IMG/VR virus record: IMGVR_UViG_3300036715_002961
Coordinates: 24,801-88,800 of that record
From: a virus
Strand: one strand, 5' to 3'
DNA: 64,000 nt
A model generated the notes under the pieces. The model was not told the DNA's origin. It searched no databases and worked only from the letters and a program-made list of their open reading frames with translations. Both the position numbers and the translations under genes were made by a program. Position 1 is the first letter of the stretch. Each line of letters opens with the position of its first letter. Of this stretch, positions 29,270-37,638 are shown piece after piece.

Positions 29270-30171
29270 TCGCCGATCTCCAGTGATTGACCGTCGCGTA
29301 GTTCCTTGAGCCGTTCGTTCGGATCGACGCAATCGAGCATCTTTTCGCGCATGTAATAGACGACGGAAATCCGTTCTGCGTCCTCGGATTCCGAGACCAT
29401 GTCGGTGACACCGTGCCACTCGTGCGAGTTGAAAAACAGCACGTCTCCATCTTGGAGATCGACCGCGACACCGTATTCAGGGAATCCGAGAAGCGCGCCC
29501 GTGTACTTGCCCCGGCGGACCATGGAGATCACGCCGAATCCGTCTTTGAAGTCGCCTTTGTCCGTGTGGGTTCCGCTCGGCGCCGTGTTGTTGTTGACGG
29601 TCAGTGTCGTGAAGGGCGTCCCGGAAATGACGAACTCGGAGCGACAACGATCGCAGGCGGTGAGCTGGGCCTTGTAGCGGCTCGGCGAGGTCCGCTTGAA
29701 GAGGTCCGCGACGTGCGTGATCATCGGCATGATCGTCTGCCACTTTTCAGGCTCTTGCGCATTGAACGAGGTCTCGCGGCAGAACGGGAATCGGCCGCCT
29801 TGGCGATCGAAGTATCCGATGATTGCGGACGCAACAGCCACGAGGTGTCCGTTGGCATCACGCGTCTCTGTGTTTTTGCCAACGGTTCCATCCGCGAATA
29901 CTTTACGGGGACGTTTGGCACCCGCATATGCACCGCGATTCGTCGATTTCCGCTTACGTAGATCGTGGAGGGCGGGGTAAGCGCCATCGGTCAGCTCGAC
30001 GGGGATGGCCCTACGACGGAGCATCAGCAATGGCGCTCCGTCGGGCTTATAAACGTCCGCATCGCCGGTGAGCAGAACGGGGAGGTCGGAGGCCGAAAGC
30101 AGCTTACCGGCGAATACAGACGCACCGCCGGCGACGCGAGAGCGGAGTTGAAGCACGGGGACGGCGGTCAT
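29266..30171 (-). CDS. TET/JBP-like 2-oxoglutarate Fe(II) dioxygenase
   Basis: IIGYFDR, FTTLTVN, HTDKGD (HxD), HEWHGVT (distal His), ERISVVYYMREKM (2OG-binding Arg). Confidence 0.88.
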   Translation of the reverse strand: MTAVPVLQLRSRVAGGASVFAGKLLSASDLPVLLTGDADVYKPDGAPLLMLRRRAIPVELTDGAYPALHDLRKRKSTNRGAYAGAKRPRKVFADGTVGKNTETRDANGHLVAVASAIIGYFDRQGGRFPFCRETSFNAQEPEKWQTIMPMITHVADLFKRTSPSRYKAQLTACDRCRSEFVISGTPFTTLTVNNNTAPSGTHTDKGDFKDGFGVISMVRRGKYTGALLGFPEYGVAVDLQDGDVLFFNSHEWHGVTDMVSESEDAERISVVYYMREKMLDCVDPNERLKELRDGQSLEIGE

Positions 30172-30791
30172 TGGATCGCCTTTCGAAGCGCCGCAAGGAC
30201 GGTTTGAGAGAGGTCGGTCGTTTGGAGCTTCGCCGCGGCGCGCTTCGCGAGGGCGATGAACTCGGTGTGTTCCGGTTTTTGGAACAGAACCGAAACCAGG
30301 TTGACCGTGGTCTTGGCGGGGTCGAGTGAGACAGCTGGGAACCCGGGTTCCCTCGCGGGCGCGGGGACGTCGACGGGAATTTCGGGGATCCCCAGCTCAA
30401 GAAAAAATTCGTCGCCGTCGATGGGGACCTCCATGCCGTCGAGCATCGCGCGCAACAGAGCCGGATCGAACGCGCCGCGCTTCGCGTTGAGTTTGATCGT
30501 CAACGCTTTCGCCTGCACTTCGGTCAGGTCGTGCAGCTCGACGACTGGGCCGACGAGGAAACCGAGTTCCCGGGCGGCGCGCCATCGGTGCTCGCCGTCG
30601 ATGATGAGATCGCGGCGCTCGCCGGTCTCGTCGGTAGCCCAAACGAGCAGGGCCTGGGAGGCGATCCATCCGTCGTTGCGGAGGCCGTGAACAAGCGCGG
30701 CGCGCTCGCGCGCGCTCATGCGGTTGGGGTTCCATGGGTTCGGATTGAGCGAGAGAAGCGGCAGATTTTTGGCGGGTTGCATCGGTTTCAC
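30168..30791 (-). CDS. ParB/Srx-like protein, paralogue A
   Basis: NPWNPN, IIDGEHRWRAA motifs; C-terminus with strand-helix-helix pattern. Confidence 0.85.
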   Translation of the reverse strand: MKPMQPAKNLPLLSLNPNPWNPNRMSARERAALVHGLRNDGWIASQALLVWATDETGERRDLIIDGEHRWRAARELGFLVGPVVELHDLTEVQAKALTIKLNAKRGAFDPALLRAMLDGMEVPIDGDEFFLELGIPEIPVDVPAPAREPGFPAVSLDPAKTTVNLVSVLFQKPEHTEFIALAKRAAAKLQTTDLSQTVLAALRKAIQ

Positions 30792-31450
30792 GTGTCACCT
30801 ACGACGAGCTTGAGGGCCGAGAGGATGGTTTCGGGGACGGGGCGGCCGGCGATCAACGCGCGGAACTCGGCGTGCTCGGGGACGTCGAAAAACAGCTGCA
30901 CGTTGACGACGGCGGGCCGGGTCGACTGATGATCTTCGCCGACGGCGAACACAGGCGCGGCGGCGCCAATGGAGCTTTCCTCAGCCTGGATTTCCAGGGG
31001 CGCGACGGCGAGCATTTGCATGAGGCTCTCGCGCTCGATGCCAAGGTCGAGGCCGAGATCTTCGGATCCGAGGGCGAACTGAATCTCGCGAACAAGCGCT
31101 TCGAGACTCTCGCGTTTGAAGGTCCCGCGCTTCGAGTTGAGCTTGATCGTGAGCTTCTTTGCGTCGTTTTCGGAGAGGCCTTCGAGGCGGACGATCGGCC
31201 CTTCAACGATGCCGAGGCCGGTCGCCGCGCGCCATCGGTGCTCGCCGTCGATGATGAGATCGCGGCGCTCGCCGGTGGCGTCCGTGCTCCAAACGAGCAG
31301 GGCCTGGGAGGCGATCCAACCGTCGTTGCGAAGGCCAGCTTCGAGGCTCTCGCGCTCGAACTCGGTCATGCGGTTAGGGTTCCACGGGTTCGGCCGGAAC
31401 TGGTCGAGCAGTTCGTTCTGGCAGTTGCCGATGATTTTCTGGGTCGTCAT
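30788..31450 (-). CDS. ParB/Srx-like protein, paralogue B
   Basis: NPWNPN, IIDGEHRWRAA; N-domain nearly identical to its neighbour. Confidence 0.85.
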   Translation of the reverse strand: MTTQKIIGNCQNELLDQFRPNPWNPNRMTEFERESLEAGLRNDGWIASQALLVWSTDATGERRDLIIDGEHRWRAATGLGIVEGPIVRLEGLSENDAKKLTIKLNSKRGTFKRESLEALVREIQFALGSEDLGLDLGIERESLMQMLAVAPLEIQAEESSIGAAAPVFAVGEDHQSTRPAVVNVQLFFDVPEHAEFRALIAGRPVPETILSALKLVVGDT

Positions 31451-31595
31451 AGGTTGCGCCTTCGGGTTGATTGCATTTGCGGGTTAGTTCACGAAAAAAG
31501 CCGAAATCCGTTGAAAATCGGCTCGGTCGAGTTGTACGAATCGGGCGAGAGCTTCGACGGCGGGCCGATTCGTTCGCCAGACGCGCTGGATCCAT

Positions 31596-32054
31596 TCAAG
31601 TTTGATTTGCATCGGGGGGCGCGTCGAGGTCGATGAGGCGGGCCGAGACAAAATCGCCGCCGGCGAGCCACGCGGCGGTGGTCCGATGATGGCCGTCGTG
31701 GAGGTAGTTTTTGCCGCCGGCGCGCACCACGATCGGGACGTCGACGAGGGCGCCATGGCCGACGGCGCGGCGGCCGGGGACGATCTCGACGTCGCCGCGC
31801 TCGTACTGCATGAGGCGCGAGTCGCTGACGGTTCGTTGAATCGCCATGAGCGAGGCGATCTCGACCTCGACGACGGGGGCCGTCAGCGTGCGAGCGGCGA
31901 TGGCCGCGTCGGCGATGAGCGCCTTGTAGGCATCGCGGTCGGCGACGGGGAACGGGACCAACAACCGACCGCCGTCGGCCTCGTTGAGGTAGCGGGCGGG
32001 GTCGGGTAGGACGCCCCGTTGAGCCCATAAAACGAATGCAGAACGCGGTTTCAC
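31596..32054 (-). CDS. Short ParB/Srx-fold protein
   Basis: IASLMAIQRTV...PIVV...LHDGHHRTTA. Confidence 0.7.
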   Translation of the reverse strand: MKPRSAFVLWAQRGVLPDPARYLNEADGGRLLVPFPVADRDAYKALIADAAIAARTLTAPVVEVEIASLMAIQRTVSDSRLMQYERGDVEIVPGRRAVGHGALVDVPIVVRAGGKNYLHDGHHRTTAAWLAGGDFVSARLIDLDAPPDANQT

Positions 32055-32063
32055 GCCGCGACC

Positions 32064-32399
32064 CTAGCGAGGAGTCGCAACGCTTGTAAACCAGTCTCCA
32101 AACGCCTCCCCGTGGCGCCACGCGCGGACGATGACAAATGCGGCCGAGTCGAGTCGAGCGCCCGTCGGTTCATCGCCGACCAGCTGCCCCGCGAAAACCA
32201 TAGTCGACGCGAACAGGTGCGGCGACGGGCGGGTTCCTCGACCGATGCGCGCCTCCATGAGCAGAACCCATGCGCAGGCGAAGTTCGCGAGGGCCGGGTC
32301 GTTCTGCGAAACGTCTTGGTACCAAAGGATAAGGGCTTGAAAATCGGTCAATTTTTCGTCCCGCGGGTGGGAGGGGAAAACCAGCCGCCACCGGTCCAA
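32064..32399 (-). CDS. Hypothetical protein
   Basis: 111-aa ORF, TTG start. Confidence 0.45.
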   Translation of the reverse strand: MDRWRLVFPSHPRDEKLTDFQALILWYQDVSQNDPALANFACAWVLLMEARIGRGTRPSPHLFASTMVFAGQLVGDEPTGARLDSAAFVIVRAWRHGEAFGDWFTSVATPR

Positions 32400-32749
32400 T
32401 GACCGGCGAGCAGCGCGGCGGCGAGGCCGTCGACCTCGGCGTCGGAAATGGTGTCGTCGAGCGGCTCGGGAAACGACGCTAGCAGCTCGTTGAGCGCGTT
32501 CACGAGACTGGCGACCGCGGATCCCTCGTCGCGTGCGCGGATGTTGAAAAGCTCGTGGTCGAGGGCGCGGCGACCGGTGCGGCGATGGACCTCGGAAACG
32601 ATGAGTGCGAGCAGCACGGCGTCACCACTGCCCGTGATGCGAACGTCGGTCTCGACGCGGTAGGCGGCGTGGTTCCGCGGGCGCGTAGACGCCATGCGGC
32701 GGGCGTGGATGCGCCGCAATCGTCGCAGAACGTCCGCCAGCTCGGTCAC
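32348..32749 (-). CDS. Hypothetical protein
   Basis: GTG start overlapping the upstream stop. Confidence 0.45.
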   Translation of the reverse strand: MTELADVLRRLRRIHARRMASTRPRNHAAYRVETDVRITGSGDAVLLALIVSEVHRRTGRRALDHELFNIRARDEGSAVASLVNALNELLASFPEPLDDTISDAEVDGLAAALLAGHWTGGGWFSPPTRGTKN

Positions 32750-33072
32750 ACGCGCCACACGACTGCGACGCAAACGATGGACGCGATGACCGAGCAAAGG
32801 ACCGCAACGACGAAAACGATCGTCGCGACGCCGACCAGCGATCGAACATCGGGCGGCGGGGGCGGGGTATGCGACGAGAGGCGCGCCCCTAGCTCGCGGA
32901 TCAGGTCCTTGAGGCTCAGGACGTCGCGCCGAAAAAGCTCGCTCTGGTCGAGAGCCGTCTGCGAAATCCGATGGGCTTCCTCGCTGCGGCGGAGCGCTTC
33001 GGAGGCCGTTTTGAGAGCCGTTTGGGAGACCTGGTGGACCGAATCGAGGTCGACCTTTGCGGGCGCTTGCAT
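32746..33072 (-). CDS. Membrane protein (coiled coil plus C-terminal TM helix), possible holin
   Basis: C-terminal LVGVATIVFVVAVLCSVIASIVCVAVVW. Confidence 0.55.
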   Translation of the reverse strand: MQAPAKVDLDSVHQVSQTALKTASEALRRSEEAHRISQTALDQSELFRRDVLSLKDLIRELGARLSSHTPPPPPDVRSLVGVATIVFVVAVLCSVIASIVCVAVVWRV

Positions 33073-33088
33073 GCGTAGACCTTACTCG

Positions 33089-34783
33089 CTAGCGCCCGCG
33101 AATGGCAGGGCGAACCTTGATGCCGCCGGCGCGGTTCGGATCATTGACACCCGCGCCCGGGGTCTTCGAGGGGAGAGCACCGAATTTCCGCGCCTGCTCG
33201 CGAGCGAACCAACATGCCATGAGGACGTCGCCCGTATGGCGTTCGGGGCGGTAGTAGAGGCATTCGTCGATCCATCGCTGCACCTTCGGATCGCAGCGGC
33301 CGAGTTTGTCGTTCGGGATGATCCAAGCGCCGTTGTAAAGCTCGACGAAAATCGAGAGAACGCCGTGCTCGGGGTGGGCCTTGTTTCGGCCCGTCGTGTG
33401 GGGACGAATCGGGATAGAAACGTCGGCCTCACGCGTGAATTGCAACAAAAGATCCTGCGCGGCGTTGTTCTCGACGCGAACGATCAGGCCGTACTTTTTG
33501 GCGTAGGCGGCAAGCTTGCGGACGATCGTGGGGCCGTCATACTTGCCGTAATCGATGTCGACGATCAGGCGGTGGCCGGTCGAAAGGACCTCGAAAATGA
33601 AGAACGCGACGTCGTCGCTGCCCTCGTTGCGAGAGACCGCAATGTCGAGACCGCCGTAGGTACCCTTGGGGTTGCCAGTCCAACGGCCAAGTTGGTGATA
33701 GCCGAGCATGCGCGCGTTGCGCTTGCAGTTCTCAACCCATTCGGCTTTGCAGTAGGCGGATCCGTCGTCGCGACAGACGCTGTAGAAGAGGCGGAGCCGC
33801 TCAATGTCGATCGGATGGTCGCGGCGCAACTGCGCTTCCCAGTCGCCGTTGAAGCGCTCAGGCCATAGCGCCGACGTCTCGGTGTGGGCGCCGCCGGCGA
33901 CGGCCGGGTTGATGCGCAAACGCTCGCCAAACGTGGGATCTGCGCCAGCGCCGGGGGCCGGGCGGACCATGGGATGATCCCAATATTGGCGATTGAAGGC
34001 GTACTCGTCGCCGGCCTTGTCGTTGACGTAAATGTGACCGTCGACCTGCATCCGCATAGTGGGCCATCCAGCTTTTTCCATGGAATGAAGGAGGTCGTCG
34101 GGATGCCAGGCCGAGTTGGTCAGGACGACCGAGCCGCGGGGATTGACCGATTCAGGCTCGACGCGCGAGTTGATGACCTGGGTAAATGTCTTGATGAGAG
34201 CCTCGCGCTGGTCCTTCGTTTGAGTGTTGCTCTCGTTCAGGAGGTCGTCGCCGAAAAGATGGTCGTAGCGACCGCCAGCGATGCCTTTTGAGTCGATGCC
34301 GAACGCGGTGAGCGTGTCGTCTTTGGAGCGCTTCGAATGCTTGACACGAAGCTTGGTCGAGGTCCATGTAGAGCCGGGGCGGACCTTCCCGTAGGAGAGG
34401 AATTTGAACGCCTCGCTACCCTCGATGTAGGACTTGACTAGACCGACGATTTTCGCCGCTTGGGCCTCGGTGGCCGAGAAGACGGCGACGCGGACGGTCG
34501 GATCGCGAGCGATCAGCCATAGAATGTACGCGACAATCGAGAAGGTTTTCGTGTGGTTAATCGGCAGGATGAAGACGCTCTTCCGATGATGGTTCATGAA
34601 ATCCATCATCAGAACCTGATGCACGACGGGGCTGACGAACGCGCCGCTTAGCTCGTCTGTCATGACCAGGCCGGCGAACGTGGGCAGGTCGTTCTGCGCG
34701 ACCTCTCGAAGCTCGTACAGCGCACGCAACGCGTCTTCTACGTCGGCCTGGGAGACAACGGTCGGCGACCTCGAAACGTCCAT
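33089..34783 (-). CDS. terL: Terminase large subunit
   Basis: Walker A variant LPINHTKT, GGRYDHLFGDD Walker B, WHPDD, GLDIA and GDVLMACWFA RNase-H-like nuclease motifs. Confidence 0.93.
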   Translation of the reverse strand: MDVSRSPTVVSQADVEDALRALYELREVAQNDLPTFAGLVMTDELSGAFVSPVVHQVLMMDFMNHHRKSVFILPINHTKTFSIVAYILWLIARDPTVRVAVFSATEAQAAKIVGLVKSYIEGSEAFKFLSYGKVRPGSTWTSTKLRVKHSKRSKDDTLTAFGIDSKGIAGGRYDHLFGDDLLNESNTQTKDQREALIKTFTQVINSRVEPESVNPRGSVVLTNSAWHPDDLLHSMEKAGWPTMRMQVDGHIYVNDKAGDEYAFNRQYWDHPMVRPAPGAGADPTFGERLRINPAVAGGAHTETSALWPERFNGDWEAQLRRDHPIDIERLRLFYSVCRDDGSAYCKAEWVENCKRNARMLGYHQLGRWTGNPKGTYGGLDIAVSRNEGSDDVAFFIFEVLSTGHRLIVDIDYGKYDGPTIVRKLAAYAKKYGLIVRVENNAAQDLLLQFTREADVSIPIRPHTTGRNKAHPEHGVLSIFVELYNGAWIIPNDKLGRCDPKVQRWIDECLYYRPERHTGDVLMACWFAREQARKFGALPSKTPGAGVNDPNRAGGIKVRPAIRGR

Positions 34784-34798
34784 TCAGCGACGGATACC

Positions 34799-34828
34799 AA
34801 AAAACCCGCCTGGATGCACCAGGCGGGT
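34799..34828 (-). terminator. Rho-independent terminator
   Basis: ACCCGCCTGG-TGCAT-CCAGGCGGGT followed by TTTTT. Confidence 0.8.
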
Positions 34829-34850
34829 CGGAAGGCGAAAGGCGCGACTG

Positions 34851-35792
34851 TCAGGGCTCGAACTGAACTGGCACAACGGCCTTGGAGGCAAGGTCGCAAA
34901 TATCAACGCGAATAAGACGGCTATCGTGTCGGAAGTGCTCCCGCAACTTTTTGAGTTTTGCGAGGGCCGCTTGCATCGTCGGATAGGTAGTGGCGACCGA
35001 GCCGACTTCGTCGCCCTCGGCGAACTCGTCGCCGAAACGACACGCGCCATACGCGTCACTCACGACCACGATAAACCCTTCAGATTGACGGATGAACGTA
35101 CGGCTCAGATACGAGTTGATCGCAGTCGTGCGAGCAGCATCTTCGTGAGCCGCGCGAAACGCGCGCGAATACTCGCCTGGGAGGGGGGCGCTAATGATCT
35201 TCGAGACGTCGACCGAATCACTCTTGGGTTCGGGCTCTTTGGGGAGCTGCACCTTCAAACGCGCGATGTGGCTTAGGTTTGCCTCGCGCTCGCGACGAAG
35301 ATTGCAAGCGGCTTCGTGCTCCTTCAAACGCGCGATCTCGATCTCGTCGAGGCGGTTGATCGCCAACTTGGTCTGCACGACCAGCGCGGCGTTTGCATCG
35401 TGCAGCTCTTTGCGGGCAGCGGCCGCCTCGGCGCTAGCTGCTTCGCCGACACTGGCCAGGGGTCGAAGATCGGCGAGTTGCTTGGTCAGGTCGTTGATCT
35501 TCGCTTCGTAGTCGGCGCGCTGGCGGGCGGCGCTGTCGAACAGGCTGGCGATTTCGTCCGCCTGGTTCCGGTTGTCCTCATCCAGGCCGGCAACCGTCTT
35601 TTCGAGCTGCTCGATGCGAGCGTTCTGGGCCACGACGCGCTTTTCGTCCTCGGCCACGAGAGCCGATTCGACGCGAGCCTTGAGCGCCTGGATTCGTTCG
35701 TTGAGGTCGGCGACCGCCTTGTCGAGGGGGTCGCGGGCGAGGGTTTCTTGGCAGAGGATAGAGGCGACGATGGTGGTCAAAAATCGGAGCAT
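34851..35792 (-). CDS. Coiled-coil protein between the terminase subunits
   Basis: 313 aa with long heptad region. Confidence 0.6.
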   Translation of the reverse strand: MLRFLTTIVASILCQETLARDPLDKAVADLNERIQALKARVESALVAEDEKRVVAQNARIEQLEKTVAGLDEDNRNQADEIASLFDSAARQRADYEAKINDLTKQLADLRPLASVGEAASAEAAAARKELHDANAALVVQTKLAINRLDEIEIARLKEHEAACNLRREREANLSHIARLKVQLPKEPEPKSDSVDVSKIISAPLPGEYSRAFRAAHEDAARTTAINSYLSRTFIRQSEGFIVVVSDAYGACRFGDEFAEGDEVGSVATTYPTMQAALAKLKKLREHFRHDSRLIRVDICDLASKAVVPVQFEP

Positions 35793-36460
35793 TAGCGGGC
35801 TTTCGTGGGCGACGATGGCTGCGGGGAATCGACGATCGCCGGTTGGTCTTTGGAGTGTCCAGGGGGGAGAAAATGACGGGAGCCGGTGCGCCCGGCGCGG
35901 TAAGCGGCGGCAAGGTCGAGGACACGGGAACCACCGAACAGGCCGAGGACTGCCGCGGCAATTTCACTGTCTTCCTTGACGGAGACGTCGACGTTGATCG
36001 GGGCGTAGGCGCCGATCAACTTGTGCAGCTGGTCGCGCGCCTGGCTCTCGGCGAGGAACGACGGGCGCTGGACGACGACCGTGGAGCCGTCCTCGGCCTT
36101 GCGCGTGACACCGTTTTTCGCGCGGCGGATCTGGTCCTGGACGCCGCGAAGGGCGACTGCGCGGTGTTTGACGATCCGCGTCTCCATTTCCTGAACCCAA
36201 GTCGCTTCGATCCGGTCGATCAGTACCAACGCCCGCGCGCGAGAGATGAAGGGGAGTTTGCCGCTTTGGGCGAGGCCTTGGACCTGTCGGGCGACCTGCT
36301 CCCGCGAAAGGGCGTTGGTCAACAGCTCTTCGATCGTCGCGACGTGGATCTTCGTGTCGGCGATCGTGTATTTCTGGGTTACGAGGCCGCGGTTCTCGGC
36401 GCTCATGCGCTGGCTAGGCGTGAGACCGGCGGGCGAGCGGGCGGTTTTGGGGCGGGGCAT
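35792..36460 (-). CDS. terS: Probable terminase small subunit
   Basis: MPRPK start, HTH-like region, C-terminal KLIGAYAPINVDV typical of TerS; upstream of terL. Confidence 0.6.
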   Translation of the reverse strand: MPRPKTARSPAGLTPSQRMSAENRGLVTQKYTIADTKIHVATIEELLTNALSREQVARQVQGLAQSGKLPFISRARALVLIDRIEATWVQEMETRIVKHRAVALRGVQDQIRRAKNGVTRKAEDGSTVVVQRPSFLAESQARDQLHKLIGAYAPINVDVSVKEDSEIAAAVLGLFGGSRVLDLAAAYRAGRTGSRHFLPPGHSKDQPAIVDSPQPSSPTKAR

Positions 36461-36470
36461 CAAAACGACG

Positions 36471-36782
36471 TTAAACTGCATGCCAGGGGGCCGCAAGCAT
36501 GGACGGGAACCCAGGTTCTCGTCCGCGGGACGCCTGGAGAAAGGCGCCGAGGCGCCGAGCGGCGGCGCGGATCGCCTCACGACGCCCCGCAAACGCGTCG
36601 ATCGCCCGGTTGAGGCGCAGCGAATCGGGAACCGGGCGCGCGCCCGCGAGCGCCGCGCGACGCTCCCATTCTTGAAGATGCTCGCAAAATGCTAGCTCGG
36701 CCCAACGGTCGACGATGCCGCGAGGGCGGCGAGCGTCGCCGACACGGGCGATCCACCGCCAACGCTGCACTGAGCGCTTCAC
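36471..36782 (-). CDS. Hypothetical Arg-rich protein
   Basis: GTG start overlapping the upstream stop. Confidence 0.4.
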   Translation of the reverse strand: MKRSVQRWRWIARVGDARRPRGIVDRWAELAFCEHLQEWERRAALAGARPVPDSLRLNRAIDAFAGRREAIRAAARRLGAFLQASRGREPGFPSMLAAPWHAV

Positions 36783-36919
36783 GACGCGGCCTCGCCTTCT
36801 TTTTCCAGCGCGAAGCGCCGCTGCACCACGATCTTGGCCGACGCCTTCGACAGGCATACGAACTGCGTGAAAATGATGCTTTCGTGCATGTCGCGCACGA
36901 TGAAGTAGCGGACGGTCAC
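36779..36919 (-). CDS. Small hypothetical protein (46 aa)
   Basis: VTVRYFIVRDMHESIIFTQF...; GTGA coupling at both ends. Confidence 0.5.
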   Translation of the reverse strand: MTVRYFIVRDMHESIIFTQFVCLSKASAKIVVQRRFALEKEGEAAS

Positions 36920-37194
36920 GACGTGACCTTGGGGGCAGGGGCGACCGAGTTCGGGAAGCGGCGGCGGACAAATGCGACCGCCTTTGTTTCCGCGTCGGGG
37001 CCATTCGCCCGGATCTCGTCAGCGATCGCGCGTGGCATCGATAGCCAGACGCCGGAACCGCCGTAGACGAAGATCGCGGCCTTCTCTACGTCGAATTTGG
37101 CGGAGAATTTACCGCCTTGGTAGTTCGATTCCACGAAAAAGTGGGTGATCGTCACAGTTTCGCCGTCGCGGATGCGGAAAAATTCAGTGTTCAT
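36916..37194 (-). CDS. Hypothetical early protein
   Basis: MNTEFFRIRDGE..., GAAAGG RBS. Confidence 0.6.
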   Translation of the reverse strand: MNTEFFRIRDGETVTITHFFVESNYQGGKFSAKFDVEKAAIFVYGGSGVWLSMPRAIADEIRANGPDAETKAVAFVRRRFPNSVAPAPKVTS

Positions 37195-37262
37195 GGGGAT
37201 CGACCTTTCAGGGGGAGGGAAGGGAATGGAAGCGGGGCGGCTCCTAACCGCCCCGCTTTGGC

Positions 37263-37529
37263 TCAGATTTGGGTGAAGCCGAGGTTTAGGAGCGCCAGTA
37301 GCGTCTCCGCTTCGCGAAGGTTCAGAACCGCCTTCGCGACCCGATCCACGGGGACGCCCCATCGGCGACCCTCGTGGGGGTAGGAGTCGACCTCGACGAT
37401 GACCAGGCGACCGTGTTCGTCGATGGTCGCTACAGCCGCTTCGCCGTCGACCGTCAGCTCGGCGAAGAGCCAAGTCGAGAGAATGTCGGCGTAGCCGTCG
37501 TTGCGTTTGGGGTAGTCAAACTTGAGCAT
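37263..37529 (-). CDS. Hypothetical early protein
   Basis: Directly downstream of promoter cassette 1; followed by an 11-bp hairpin (37230-37258). Confidence 0.65.
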   Translation of the reverse strand: MLKFDYPKRNDGYADILSTWLFAELTVDGEAAVATIDEHGRLVIVEVDSYPHEGRRWGVPVDRVAKAVLNLREAETLLALLNLGFTQI

Positions 37530-37616
37530 TTGGAGCCTTCTTTCGGTTCATCGTCGGGTTCTTCCCCGCGACAAGGATCAACATAAACCGGAGAGCAGAG
37601 ACGCGCAATGGTTTTT
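37530..37616 (-). promoter_or_regulatory. Early promoter-hairpin-RBS cassette, copy 1
   Basis: AAAAACCA-TTGCGC-17nt-TATGTT, then GATCCTTGTCG, stem with GAAGAA loop, ACCGAAAGAAGG, ATG. Confidence 0.85.
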
Positions 37617-37638
37617 AGGCCCCTGCGCGCCGATTTTT

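Noticed and set aside
30168-32054. Classical ParABS plasmid-prophage partition locus
   Set aside because: No ParA in the window, the ParBs lack an evident HTH, and they are coupled to modification genes; a ParA outside the window cannot be excluded.
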